A model generated the notes under the pieces. It was given only the letters and a program-made list of their open reading frames with translations. It made no database searches and was not told the origin of the DNA. DNA of 63,109 nucleotides, the filler included, from Chiloscyllium plagiosum (Eukaryota), in the NCBI RefSeq assembly GCF_004010195.1. It is 4 parts of one record of this genome, joined end to end, with 100 filler letters (N's around TTAATTAATTAA, not from the genome) between each part and the next. Parts side by side here need not be neighbours in the genome. Positions count along the whole stretch, not along the records: positions 1 to 18,792 come from NC_057714.1; 3 more parts are not named here. One strand, given 5' to 3'. A program made the position numbers and the translations under genes. Below, in pieces: positions 1 to 13,354 of this stretch (its first letter is position 1; each line of letters starts with the position of its first letter).

Positions 1-452
1 AGCTTTGGAGTGGGTGCAGAGAAGATTTACCAGGATGTTGCCTGGAATGGAGAGGAAGTCGTACGAGGCTAGGTTGAGAGTTCTCGGCCTTTTCTCGTTG
101 GAACGGCGAAGGATGAGGGGTGACTTGATCGAGGTTTATAAGATGATCAGAGGAATAGATAGAGTAGACAGTCAGAAACTTTTTCCCTGGGTGCAACAGA
201 GTGTTACAAGGGGACATAAATTTAAGGTGAAGGGTGGAAGGTATAGGGGAGATGTCAGGGGTGGGTTCTTTACCCAGAGAGTGGTGGGGGCATGGAATGC
301 GCTGCCTGTGGGAGTGGTAGAGTCAGAATCTTTGGTGACCTTTAAGCGGCAATTGGATAGGTACATGGATGGGTGCTTAAGCTAGGACAAATGTTCGGCA
401 CAACATCGTGGGCCGAAGGGCCTGTTCTGTGCTGTATTGTTCTATGTTCTAT
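1..452 (+). mobile_element. CR1 LINE 3' end
   Basis: ORF 5-385 (VQRRFTRMLPG, LGLFSLE, RGDLIEVYK, TRGH, FFTQRVV..WN.LP); 3' hairpin and (ttcta)n-type tail. Confidence 0.92.
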
Positions 453-859
453 GACATTAACTCCCAACCTTCCCAAAGGGAAGAACATAAGCATAGTTAA
501 CATGCAGCACATTAAGTTTTCCAGCATCCTTAAAGAAATCTGGCTGTGCCTGTGAGTGATGCTGTTGTTTTTAATTTACTTCAGTCTTTTATGTCAAAAG
601 CAATGTTGTCTCTATTATATTGCATTTATTTTCATCTTCTGCAGCTATTTTGCATCAAAGCTTTCTCATATACTCAAGTTTTACCATTTATGTGGATTCA
701 GACAAGGTCATCATATTCAGGGCAATTAGCTTCCTCCATTGGCTGGTTTGCCATCATAGTATGTGTCATTCAATTATACGGGAGCCCTTTCTTTGTTATT
801 TTATTGCGCAATGTCAACGTTTTTGGCACGTCCATTATGTCCTATGCTAAATGCTTTTG

Positions 860-1310
860 CTTTGGTATTGCTGAAGATATATTCTGTTGAAATTCTTCAT
901 CAGCGTGACTTGCAAAAATGCCAGTTCAAGTGGAAAATCAACATTCACACTGTGTGAGAGAAAAAAGTGCTGGTTGGTAATAAATAGACTCTGATTAATG
1001 GAAGTGTTGCCATAGACAATATGCCGATTAATGCTGATGGACAGTAATCTGTCAGGTTTTCCTTACATTTTAAGCTAGGCAGGTAGGTGGTGGTCAGGGT
1101 GTTGCCTTTAGCAGTGAACAAGCAAAGGCATGCCACTTTTAGACACAAAGAACATAAACGCGCATTATATCTGGTTCAACTAATCAGCACTGCTCATAAT
1201 ATAACTGTTGGTTTATCCCTTGCATTGTCCTGATGAGTGCAAGATGGACAACCTCAACAAAACGTGTCTTTTTTCAGCAATACTCAAGTTTGGTACTACC
1301 AAATAACTAT
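860..1310. mobile_element. Old non-autonomous Penelope-like repeat with degenerate hammerhead core
   Basis: CTGATGAGTGCAAGA at 1230 followed by tttttcagcaatact tail; inverted partial copy of the tail at ~862-900; related CTGACGAGTGCAAGA on the minus strand at ~62650. Confidence 0.4.
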
Positions 1311-1831
1311 ACTTGATTTACTTCCATGATATTTTTTCCACAACTTTGAACAATGAACACCAAGTCACTTTCTTTTGTACATGTTGCACTATTAAAGTTT
1401 ATCAATACCTATAGGTTGGTGACTTTTGTAGCTCAGTTAATTCAGCATGCCATATCAAAGCTTGCTTCTCCAAATGCAAAAATCAGTGACAGTTTCTCAG
1501 AATAAATCATTGTCATTGATATATAATGAATATTTAAAATTTGTACAATACATTGTCATTAACAACAATTCCTTGTCAAATTAAGAAAAAGGAAAATCTT
1601 TGATAATAAATTTAAATTGTAACTTTGTTCACTTAGAGTCATAGTCATAGATAAATCGCAACTTCGTTCAGTTGTCACAAACTCTTCATTTTTGTGCTTA
1701 CATAAATGCATTCTTTAAGTATGAAATATGTAGAAATTTTATATGGGCAAATACTAGCATCAAAAATGGGACAATATTTGCATAATAATACATTTTTGAA
1801 AAAAATCGAAAAAGCAACATTATCTTGGGCT

Positions 1832-2005
1832 TTAGTTTCGTGGAATGTAGATAAATTTATGTTTCTCAAACATGTTAATGTCCTGTTCTAGTTTTTTCAT
1901 TTTGGTCTCAAGTACCTCCTTGTGCATTTGCTTCGAATGAGTGTCTATCAAAATGGAAAGACTTTGATAGGCATGATTCAGCTCTGCCCAATTCCTCTTT
2001 AGTCC
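1832..2005 (-). CDS. ENKUR: Enkurin last coding exon (174 nt; GLKRNWAELNHAYQSLSILIDTHSKQMHKEVLETKMKKLEQDINMFEKHKFIYIPRN*)
   Basis: Acceptor tctattttag; GLK.NW, QSLS..ID, LE.DI...EKHK.IYI enkurin-domain motifs; TAA at 1834-1832. Confidence 0.95.
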   Translation of the reverse strand, partial: GLKRNWAELNHAYQSLSILIDTHSKQMHKEVLETKMKKLEQDINMFEKHKFIYIPRN

Positions 2006-2860
2006 CTAAAATAGACCCAGAAAAAGAAAAGCAAACTAATCAATACTTTGATTAAAATTAGAATGATATTTGTTTAACAGTTAAATTAGTTTAATTATTT
2101 CAATGCTATTTTACGTACCCTTAAAAGCAGAGCTCATTAGTTATGACCCCTTAAACCATCCTTCTTTAAAATCACAGGATGTAGACCAAGTCAATATTTA
2201 TTGTGCATTCCTAAATTGTCCTTGAGAAGGTGGTGATTAGCTACCTCTTGAACCACTGCAGTCCTTACTTTAGACTTCATAACAATATAGTACAATCTAC
2301 AGCTTGCAAAGCCATTTTAGAAGGCTATGGGTGTGGAGACATGTAGGTCAGACCAGATAAGGATGAACCCAGAGGGGTTCATATCGACATTTAATGATGG
2401 TTACCATTAGACTAGCTTTTTAATTCCAGATTTTTTATTACAGTGAAATTTCATCACCTGCTGTGGGGCATTATCTCAGGTCTGTGGATTAGTAGTGTAG
2501 TGACATTATCAATATTCCACCACTTTTCCGCTCTCCTACTTAGGAGAATAGTTTATGCTGATGATATAAATATGCAAATATTAAACTTGGTTGACAGCTA
2601 ACCACCACCTTTTCCAGAACAATTAGGGATAGGCAATAAATGCTGGCCTAGCCAATGACACCACATCCCATGAACAAAAAGAAAATTTGGTTGAACTAAA
2701 CAATTATTATTTTGAATATAGCAAGGAATTGCATTGGTTTCCTATTTTTCACAGATCTTGCCTTATGTTCTTCTTTCCAGATTTTTCTTTTCACTTGAAA
2801 TCTATTTGTCCCAAGCCTGATGAAAGGGAGAATATAAGAAAGAACTTTTTATGTAGCATA

Positions 2861-3378
2861 TGGAGTGCAGGTTCATAGCTCCTTGAAAGTGGAGTCGCAG
2901 TAGATAGGATAGTGAAGAAGGCATTTGGTATGCTTTCTTTTATTGGTCAGAGTATTGAGTACTGGAGTTGGGAGATCATGTTGCAGCGGTACAGGACATT
3001 GGTTAGGCCACTGTTGGAATATTGCATGCAATTCTGGTCTCCTTCCTATCGGAAAGATGTTGTGAAACTTGAAAGGGTTCAGCCAGAACTAGAGGGCATA
3101 GGTTTAGGGTGAGAGGGGAAAGATATAAAAGAAACCTAAGGGGTAAATTTTTCACACAGAGGGTGGTACAGGTATGGAAAGAGCTGCCAGAGGAAGTGGT
3201 GGAGGCTGGTATAATTACAACATTTAAAAGGAATTTGGGTGGGTATATGAATAGGAAGGTTTGGAGAGATATGGGCGGGGTGCTGGCAGGTGGGACTAGA
3301 TTGGGTTGGGATATCTGGTCGGCATGGACAGGTTGGACCAAAGGGTCTGTTTCCATGCTGTACATCTCTATGACTCTG
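2861..3378 (+). mobile_element. CR1 LINE 3' fragment with internal deletion
   Basis: ORFs 2912-3112 and 3109-3381 (LVRPLLEYC, FFTQRVV); ctatgact tail. Confidence 0.9.
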
Positions 3379-3926
3379 TGACTGGGACCTTGCTGTCTTT
3401 GAATGTGATGTGACAGAGATGTTCAATATACCAAAAGGAAATTTTGGTATCATTAATAAACTCGTAATGCTACAGGAACAGCATCTGGGAATAGGGCTGA
3501 CTAGATTGCAGGACAGAGAGGGGGCATGGATTCGAAAAGTCAAATATCCTCTTTCTGTGCCAAAATGACACTATGAACTGCGATTGCAAATGTGAATGCA
3601 TGGACTAAGGACTAAAAGCATGAATTGGAAGTTGTAGGAGGTGCTAACGAGATGCTAGACAATAAAAAGACTATCAACATGAACTGGGAAGGAGATTGGG
3701 ATAACTGTAAATTGATGATAATGGAAAAAGTGTACCATTCTGAATCCATACAGGAGCTGGAGAAATCAGTGAATATAAGCTGCACTGGGAGAATTACAAG
3801 GTAACAGAATGGCGAAAAAGACTTAATGATCTCATTAGCTTATACCTTTCATATCTTTTCTATTTTGAAATTTTAGCCAGATATCTGTTTCTTTGATGAT
3901 ATTAGGAAGTGGTAATCATTGCTAAC

Positions 3927-4073
3927 CGACAACACTCTGTTCCGCTCCTCTTCAGTCAACATCTTCATGGAACCTTGTCGTATACGCTCTTTTACATAGG
4001 CATCATATTCTTCTTGTGCTTTCTTCTCCTCTTCAGACTGCTTAATTAGATAATCTGGGATTTTACCAAAGTC
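3927..4073 (-). CDS. ENKUR: Enkurin coding exon 4 (147 nt; DFGKIPDYLIKQSEEEKKAQEEYDAYVKERIRQGSMKMLTEEERNRVLS)
   Basis: ORF 3873-4079; acceptor tttatttgcag, donor TCG|GTTAGC; phase 0/0. Confidence 0.95.
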
Positions 4074-6780
4074 CTGCAAATAAAATTAGCCCAGAGTACT
4101 AAGCATCCATTTTATGAATTAACATTTAATGTATATTTGGATAACTGGAATCACAGATGTAGGATTTTGGAATATTTCTGTTGACTTCAAACATAAGTAA
4201 ACATTTATACATAGTATGCAATTCCTGTCTACAAACTTTTACTTCATATCAAAAGTTAACAATGTAAAATGATAGTTAAACATTTCTAATTAGAATTTCA
4301 ATGTTAAACATTCATTTACCTGTCATGTTTATAACAATTACCTGTCAGACCACTATGAGATGCTGTCATAGGATCTCATAGTGGTCTACAACTTTTAGTC
4401 CAATTTGGTATTGGACGACTAATACCAAATCACACTTCTGTAATAATTACTTGTTGTAGCACTAGGTGGCATTGTAAATCACTCAAATACTTTTGGGGAA
4501 AAAAATTCTGACACTTCTTTTCATCCCTGGCTAAAATGTTAGTATTTAAAATAAACTAGATAAAATTTCAAATAATTATATATCTCACATTAATGGTTTA
4601 ACATATCGCTGATATACTGCCATTTTTTAATGTCCACATTACAATTTTTAGTTGAAACTCTCAGCCTCTCTTAAAAGATTGGACTTCGACGGAACTTTTC
4701 TTCTGCTTAATCCTTTGACTTAGTTAGCTAAAGGTAGAGTTTGAATATTAAACAGCTACATTGTACTAAATGTCCTGGAATGCATCAGCAGCAACTCAAT
4801 CTGTTTGAACATTTTCTACAACTTTTAGTTGCTTTTGCCCACTTGTTTTTCACAATATTTGAAAAACTACAGGTCAAAGCTTAATTCAGATTCAGTTTGT
4901 ACAAACCTAAGAGAAAGAATGAAGTAAGAAGAGGCAATGATAAATAACAGACTGAACTGCTTGCACATGCATTTTGTTTCATGTTCCATAAATTTCAGAA
5001 GATATATTTACCTTGGAGCTTGAGCTCAAGCAATAGCTGCAATGGTCAAATTAGAAGTAAAATAAGTAGGGTTGGTATGGCTGAAGTTCAATACTTTCTG
5101 AAGAAATGGTGGAGTTGTCAGTGCAGAAAGTTAACATTCAAGTGGATGTCAGTTTGGGTATTGGTGGAGCGAGGAATTAGTGAATGAAAGTGGTGCTGAA
5201 TCAAGAACCTGACAAGATCCTGTTGCTAGAGTTTAACCAGGGTGGATTTGTATGCAAATAGGATAATCTGTGGAGCTATAGAGTAAAGGAATTTAAATAT
5301 TGTAAGATGCAATTAACTTTATCAGCCACTACAGAGGTTTCCTAAGTATTTTCTGCCAGGGTTTACAAGATGAGAGCATAGCAGGGATTAATTGAACTGT
5401 GAAACAAAGTAACAGCAAACTCAAAATATGTGATATCTTCAGTGCAAGGCCTTATTCAAATAGCTCTGAGTCACATTCAATTCAAAATTTAATTCTCTTT
5501 CTCTGTAAACAGATGCTGCCAGTCAGGCTGAGCATTTTCAGCACTTTCTGTTATCATTTCAGTGAAAGGCTTTTGTGTGCTTGCAGGTTTAGATGTGAGA
5601 GTTTAATTTCACTGTTTTGAGTGTCATTTCCTACATTTTGGAAACACTTTGAATTACCTTAGAGTTTACTCATCTTCATATTAACTTCCCTGAACCTGAA
5701 CTACATCATGGGAGCAACAACTTAATGCAGCAATGACCTGAACTTCTGATGAGAAGCAGCAGGCGGAATCACAGCAGTATCAGCAAGAAATGCAAAAAAT
5801 GCAAGAGCGCGAACAGTGGCAGAATTCTCTGTGGCCAGCTAACACTCCATAAGACAGTAGGGATGGAGGATGGATGTTGAGAGTGCTCCAGTTTGAAGGA
5901 GATGATACTCCCAGCACAGAGCGTACAAGCAATAAGCATCCTCAACATGATGGAACAATAGTGCTTCATCAACAGGTTGGCATCTGCAGGGTCATGGAAG
6001 GAGACCTGCTTCCAAGACTGCCAGGTGGTCAAGCATTCCAGTTACCATCAAGATTATCATTACCTTGAATGTCTTGCAGTTGATTCTCTAGTTCCTGCTA
6101 GAGATGTGCTAGTGTTTTCTCTAGAATCTCACATTTTGCTGCCTTTAAATGTATTTCTCATGACACTAAAGACTTATTTCTGAAAGCCATCATTTAAGTA
6201 CACCTTGATGTGACCAATAAAAGATGGCTGTCAGCTTCACTGCATTGATTTGTTTTTCACAGGTTCAGAGGGAATTACTGGCTCAACACATCTGGTATTC
6301 CATGTATTTCAGTTCAGCCAGAAGTCTTTATCAATTGCAAGAGACTTAACTTTTTGATTGTTAAAAACTATTGAAAATTGATCATATGTCTGCTTTAAAC
6401 ATCTAGGAAGCTACTACTGTTCATTCATTCTTGAGCAGTCACACCTCGCACAGGTTTTTGATCTTTTGGATAGTATTAGTGGCTGCGTCCTGAGAGGAGA
6501 GCAATGACTCCAATAAAGGAACTGTATGTGAAATGAACTACCAGAGGAAGTAGTAGATGCAGGTGCTGTTACAACATTCAAAAAGACATTTGGACACGTA
6601 TATGAATAGGAAAGGTTTTGAAGGATAGAACATAGAACATAGACTGAGAGGGGAGCAATGACTCCAATAAAGGAACTGTCTGTGAAATGAACTACCAGAG
6701 GAAGTAGTAGATGCAGGTGCTGTTACAACATTCAAAAAGACATTTGGACACGTATATGAATAGGAAAGGTTTTGAAGGAT

Positions 6781-8480
6781 AGAAGATAGAACATAGAACA
6801 TAGAAGAACACAGCGCAGTACAGGCCCTTCGGCCCTCGATGTTGCGCCGATCCAAGCCCACCTAACCTACACTAGCCCACTATCCTCTATATGCCTATCC
6901 AATGCCCGCTTAAATGCCCATAATGAGGGAGAGTCCACCACTGCTACTGGCAGGGCATACAATGAACTCACGACTCGCTGAGTAAAGAACCTACCCCTAA
7001 CATCTGTCCTATACCTACCACCCCTTAATTTAAAGCTATGCCCCCTTGTAATAGCTGACTCCATACGTGGAAAAAGATTCTCACTGTCGACCCTATCTAA
7101 ACCCCTAATCATCTTATACACCTCTATCAAGTCACCCCTAAACCTTCCTTTCTCCAATGAAAACAACCCCAAGTGCCTCAACCTTTCCTCATACGATCTT
7201 TCTACCATACCAAGCAACATCCTGGTAAACCTCCTCTGCACCCGTTCCAGTACCTCCACATNNNNNNNNNNNNNNNNNNNNNNNNNNNNNNNNNNNNNNN
7301 NNNNNNNNNNNNNNNNNNNNNNNNNNNNNNNNNNNNNNNNNNNNNNNNNNNNNNNNNNNNNNNNNNNNNNNNNNNNNNNNNNNNNNNNNNNNNNNNNNNN
7401 NNNNNNNNNNNNNNNNNNNNNNNNNNNNNNNNNNNNNNNNNNNNNNNNNNNNNNNNNNNNNNNNNNNNNNNNNNNNNNNNNNNNNNNNNNNNNNNNNNNN
7501 NNNNNNNNNNNNNNNNNNNNNNNNNNNNNNNNNNNNNNNNNNNNNNNNNNNNNNNNNNNNNNNNNNNNNNNNNNNNNNNNNNNNNNNNNNNNNNNNNNNN
7601 NNNNNNNNNNNNNNNNNNNNNNNNNNNNNNNNNNNNNNNNNNNNNNNNNNNNNNNNNNNNNNNNNNNNNNNNNNNNNNNNNNNNNNNNNNNNNNNNNNNN
7701 NNNNNNNNNNNNNNNNNNNNNNNNNNNNNNNNNNNNNNNNNNNNNNNNNNNNNNNNNNNNNNNNNNNNNNNNNNNNNNNNNNNNNNNNNNNNNNNNNNNN
7801 NNNNNNNNNNNNNNNNNNNNNNNNNNNNNNNNNNNNNNNNNNNNNNNNNNNNNNNNNNNNNNNNNNNNNNNNNNNNNNNNNNNNNNNNNNNNNNNNNNNN
7901 NNNNNNNNNNNNNNNNNNNNNNNNNNNNNNNNNNNNNNNNNNNNNNNNNNNNNNNNNNNNNNNNNNNNNNNNNNNNNNNNNNNNNNNNNNNNNNNNNNNN
8001 NNNNNNNNNNNNNNNNNNNNNNNNNNNNNNNNNNNNNNNNNNNNNNNNNNNNNNCTATTCCTACCCTGGTCATTCTTTTATTCCTGACATACCTATAGAA
8101 AGCCTTGGGGTTTTCCCTAATCCTACCAACTAAGGACCTTTCATGTCCCCTCCTTGCTGCTCTTAGCTCTCTCTTCAGGTCCTTCCTGGCTACCTTATAA
8201 CTCTCAATCTCCCCAATTGAACCTTCACGCCTCATCTTTACATAGGCCGCCCTCTTCCATTTAATAAGGGATTCCAATTCCTTATTAAACCACGGCTCCC
8301 TCACACGACTCTTTCCTCCCTGCCTGACAGGTATACTTATCAAGGACACTCAATAGTTGCTCCTTGAACAAGCTCCACATATCAATTACACCCTTGCCTT
8401 GAAGCTTACTTTTCCAAGCCACACATCCTAAGTCATGCCTCACCGCATCATAATTTCCCTGCCCCCAGCTATAACTCTTG
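6781..8480 (-). mobile_element. Young CR1 LINE (gap 7262-8054) inserted into an older plus-strand CR1 tail
   Basis: ORFs 6867-7259 and 7189-8349 (EPWFNKE, RENPKAFYRY); (catagaa)n tail; host tail at 6520-6780 resumes at ~8487. Confidence 0.88.
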
Positions 8481-9419
8481 CCAGCATTTGGATATGGTCC
8501 AAATGCTGGCAAATGGGACTAATTTAGTTTAGAAAACTTGGTCAGCATGGAGTAGGTGGACTGAAGGGTTTGTTTCCACGCTGTCTGACTCCATGACTCT
8601 ATCAAGGAACCCTTTTGGTAAAACCAAGCAGATAATCTACACCACCTATGTGGCCCCAAGGGCAGTAATAGAGTATCAGATCTGTAGGTGCCATTTACTA
8701 TACCCTATTAAAGACACCCAACAGTTATGGTCAACATCACCTTGTAAAACTGCAGCTAAAGCAAAAGAAAATACAGAACGATTGCCTTTCTCTTCAGAGG
8801 AGCCAGGTGTGACTATGATGCCTGAAACCACTGGCAGAGAAGTCTCTGTCAAGAAGGCATGCTTTCCTGATCTGTGTACACAAGGAGGTCCGACAGTCCC
8901 ATAAGAAGAGTGCTCACCCCTCAATTCAAATAATTTCTACAGTCAATTTTGCAACCATCAACCTCAAATCCTTTCATCATTAACACGAAATCATAACCAT
9001 TCATGGTACCATACACACTAAGTACGGTCAATGAGAATTTCAAACAAAATGTTATAGTGCAGAGGGAAGCCACTTGGGTCATTGTATCTGCACCAGCTAT
9101 TATCCATTGTGACTTTGTGCCAATCTTCTGCCTTTTCATTTTTTTATACCTGTTTGTGGGATGTGGATGTCGCTGGCTAGTCAGCATTTTATTGCCCATC
9201 CCTAGTTGGTCCCAAGAAGGTGGTGGTGAACTGCCACCTTGCAATTTTGCAGGACACTTTTGTAGATCTTTTCTATTTAAATAATAATTGAATGTCCTTT
9301 TGAATGCCTCAGCTGAACCTGCATCCAACACAATTCCAGGAAGTACATTCAAACCACTCTTACATGAAAATTTTTTTTCTCTCACCTCTCGTTTGTTCTC
9401 TTGCAAATCACTTTAAATA

Positions 9420-12400
9420 TAAGCCATAGCTATTAATTTAACCTGGGGCAGTGTTTGTAGAGGAATAAGACGGTGTTATTTTCTGGGTCTGTAGATTGTG
9501 AAGGAGCAAAAATGGCCTTTGCAGTGATATGTACTTCTTGTCAGATGTGGGAGTTTAAAGAGAGTTTAAGGGTTACTGCAGATTATATCTGCCAGAAATG
9601 CTGTTGGATGCGAATCTTATCAGATCGAGTGGATTGGTTGGAGAGACAGATAGAAGCGATGAGGAATTTGTAACAGCAACGGTATGTGATGGATGGCAGT
9701 TATAGGAAGGGGGGAAAGTCTCAGATACAGTCACATATAGATGGGTTAACTCCAGGAAGGGTAAGAGAGGTAGACAGCTAGAGCAGGAATCTTTTGTGGG
9801 TTTACCCATTTCAAACAGGTATACTGTTTTGGAAAATNNNNNNNNNNNNNNNNNNNNNNNNNNNNNNNNNNNNNNNNNNNNNNNNNNNNNNNNNNNNNNN
9901 NNNNNNNNNNNNNNNNNNNNNNNNNNNNNNNNNNNNNNNNNNNNNNNNNNNNNNNNNNNNNNNNNNNNNNNNNNNNNNNNNNNNNNNNNNNNNNNNNNNN
10001 NNNNNNNNNNNNNNNNNNNNNNNNNNNNNNNNNNNNNNNNNNNNNNNNNNNNNNNNNNNNNNNNNNNNNNNNNNNNNNNNNNNNNNNNNNNNNNNNNNNN
10101 NNNNNNNNNNNNNNNNNNNNNNNNNNNNNNNNNNNNNNNNNNNNNNNNNNNNNNNNNNNNNNNNNNNNNNNNNNNNNNNNNNNNNNNNNNNNNNNNNNNN
10201 NNNNNNNNNNNNNNNNNNNNNNNNNNNNNNNNNNNNNNNNNNNNNNNNNNNNNNNNNNNNNNNNNNNNNNNNNNNNNNNNNNNNNNNNNNNNNNNNNNNN
10301 NNNNNNNNNNNNNNNNNNNNNNNNNNNNNNNNNNNNNNNNNNNNNNNNNNNNNNNNNNNNNNNNNNNNNNNNNNNNNNNNNNNNNNNNNNNNNNNNNNNN
10401 NNNNNNNNNNNNNNNNNNNNNNNNNNNNNNNNNNNNNNNNNNNNNNNNNNNNNNNNNNNNNNNNNNNNNNNNNNNNNNNNNNNNNNNNNNNNNNNNNNNN
10501 NNNNNNNNNNNNNNNNNNNNNNNNNNNNNNNNNNNNNNNNNNNNNNNNNNNNNNNNNNNNNNNNNNNNNNNNNNNNNNNNNNNNNNNNNNNNNNNNNNNN
10601 NNNNNNNNNNNNNNNNNNNNNNNNNNNNNNNNNNNNNNNNNNNNNNNNNNNNNNNNNNNNNNNNNNNNNNNNNNNNNNNNNNNNNNNNNNNNNNNNNNNN
10701 NNNNNNNNNNNNNNNNNNNNNNNNNNNNNNNNNNNNNNNNNNNNNNNNNNNNNNNNNAGGGAGATAGTGAGGAAAGAGATCAATCTGAGACAGGTATAGC
10801 TGAGAACAGAAGTGAGTCAAACAGTCAGGGCAGGCAGGGACAAGGTAGGACAAATAAATTAAACTGCATTTATTTCAAAGCAAGGGAAGGCAGATGAACG
10901 AAGGGCATGGTTAAGAACATGGGACTGGGATATCATAGCAATTACGGAAACATGGCTCAGGGACGGGCAGGACTGGCAGCTTAATGTTCCAGGATACAAA
11001 TGCTACAGGAAGGATAGAAAGGGAGGCAAGAGAGGAGGGTGAGTGGCATTTTTGATAAGGGATAGCATTACAACTGAGCTGAGGGAAGATATTCCCGGAT
11101 ATACATGCAGGGAAGTTATTTGGGAGGAACTGAGAAAGGGATAATCACCTTATTGGGATTGTATTATAGACCCCCCAATAGTCAGAGGGAAATTGAGAAA
11201 CAAACTTGCAAGGAGATCTCAGCTACCTGTAAGAATAATAGGGTAGTTATGGTAGGAGATTTTAACTTTCCAAACATAGATTGGGACTGCCATAGTGTTA
11301 AAGGTTTAGATGGAGAGGAATTTCTTAAGTTTGTTCAAGTCAATTTTCTGATTCAGTATGTGGATGTACCTACTAGAGAAGGTGCAAAACTAGACCTACT
11401 CTTGGGAAATAAGGGAGGGCAGGTGACTGAGGTGTCAGTGGGGGAGCACTTTGGACCATAGTTCTATTTGTTTTAAAATAGTGATGGAAAAGGATAGACC
11501 AGATCTAAAAGTTCTAAATTGGAGAAAGGTCAACTTTGACGGTATTAGGCAAGGAGTTTCGAAAGCTGATTGGAGGCAGATGTTCGCAGGTAAAGGGACG
11601 GCTGGAAAATGGGAAGCCTTCAGAAATGAGATNNNNNTTGGTTAAGAAAAAGAAGGAAGCATATGTCTGGTACAGACAGGATAGATCGAGTGAATCCTTA
11701 GAAGAGTATAAAGAAAGTAAGAGGATTCTTAAGAGGGAAATCAGGAGGGCAAAATGGGGACATGAGATAGCAATGGCAAATAGAATTAGGGAGAATCCAA
11801 AGGATTTTTACAAATATGTTAAGGACAAATGGGTAACCAGGGAGAGAATACGGCCCCTCAAAGATCAGCATGGCGGCCTTTGTGTGGAGCCACAGAAAAT
11901 GGGGGAGATACTAAATTAGTATTTTGCATCAGTATTTACTGTGGAAAAGGATATGGAAGATATAGACTGTAGGGAAATAGATGGTAACATCTTGCAAAAT
12001 GTCCAGATTACAGAGGAGGAAGTGCTGGATGTCTTGAAACGGTTAAAAGTGGATAAATCCCAAGGACCTGATCAGGTGTATCCAAGAACTCTGTGTGAAG
12101 CTTGAGAAGTGATTGCTGAGCCTCTGGCTGAGATATTTGTATCATCGTTAGTCACAGATGAGGTGCCAGAAGACTGGAGGTTGGCAAACGTGGTGCCACT
12201 GTTTAAGAAGGGCGGTAAAGAGAAGCCAGGGAATTATAGACCGGTGAGCCTGACCTTGGTGGTGGGCAAGTTGTTGGAGGGAATCCTGAGGGACAGGATG
12301 TACGTGTATTTGGAAAGGCAAGGACTGATTAGGGATAGTCAACATGGCTTTGTGTGTGGGAAATCATGTCTCACAAACTTGATTGAGTTTTTTGAAAAGG

Positions 12401-13098
12401 TAACAAAGAAGATTGATGAGGGCAGAGCAGTAGATGTGATCTATATCGACTTCAATAAGGCGTTTGACAAGGTTCCCCATGGGAGACTGATTAGCAAGGT
12501 TAGATCTCATGGAATACAGGGAGAATTATCCAGAACTGGCTGAAAGGCAGAAGACAGAGGATGGTAGTGGAGGGTTGTTTTTCAGACTGGAGGCCTGTGA
12601 CCAGTGGAGTGCCACAAGGATCGGTGCTGGAGCCTCTACTTTTTGTCATTTGCATACATGATTTGGATGCGAGCATAAGAGGTACAGTTAGTAAGTTTGC
12701 AGATGACACCAAAATTGGAGGTGTAGTGGACAGCGAAGAGGGTTACCTCAGATTACAACAGGATCTGGACCAGCTGGGCCAATGGGCTGAGAAGTGGCAG
12801 ATGGAGTTCAATTCAGATAAATGCGAGGTGCTGCATTTTGGGAAAGCAAATCTTTGCAGGACTTATACNNNNNNNNNNNNNNNNNNNNNNNNNNNNNNNN
12901 NNNNNNNNNNNNNNNNNNNNNTGGTGGAAGCTGGTACAATTGCAACATTTAAAAGGCATTTGGATGTGTATATGAATAGGAAGGGTTTGTAGGGATATAG
13001 GCCGGGTGCTGGCAGGTGGGACTAGATTGGGTTGGGATATCTGGTCGGCATGGATGGGTTGGACTGAAGGTTCTGTTTCCATGCTGTACTCTATGACT
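9420..13098 (+). mobile_element. Near full-length decayed CR1 LINE (ORF1 zinc finger, APE, RT, tail)
   Basis: CTSCQMWE/CQKC ORF1 start; YYRPP, GDFNFP endonuclease; [31 protein letters not shown] motifs. Confidence 0.92.
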
Positions 13099-13354
13099 GT
13101 AAATACATGCCGTCTCAAGCTTGATCCTTTAATCAGCAAGGACAGTTTCTCCCTAACTACTTCGCTCAGCTCCTTCATGATTTTGAAAACTTCAATAATG
13201 AGATGTCCTCTTAGACTTCTTCTCTCCAATAATCACAATCTAAATTTATAACTGATGTTTCTCATCCCTGGAACCATTCTTACAAGTATTTTCTGCACTC
13301 TCCCCAACACATTTACATCCTCCCTACAATTTGATGCATAGAACTGTACAAAAC

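Noticed and set aside
1005..1020. X-box-like GTTGCCATAGACAAT
   Set aside because: Lies inside a probable repeat downstream of the gene with no promoter context
7173..10897. Long ORFs containing X runs (also 38698-39396)
   Set aside because: They only read through N gaps; the flanks are CR1 or Penelope fragments
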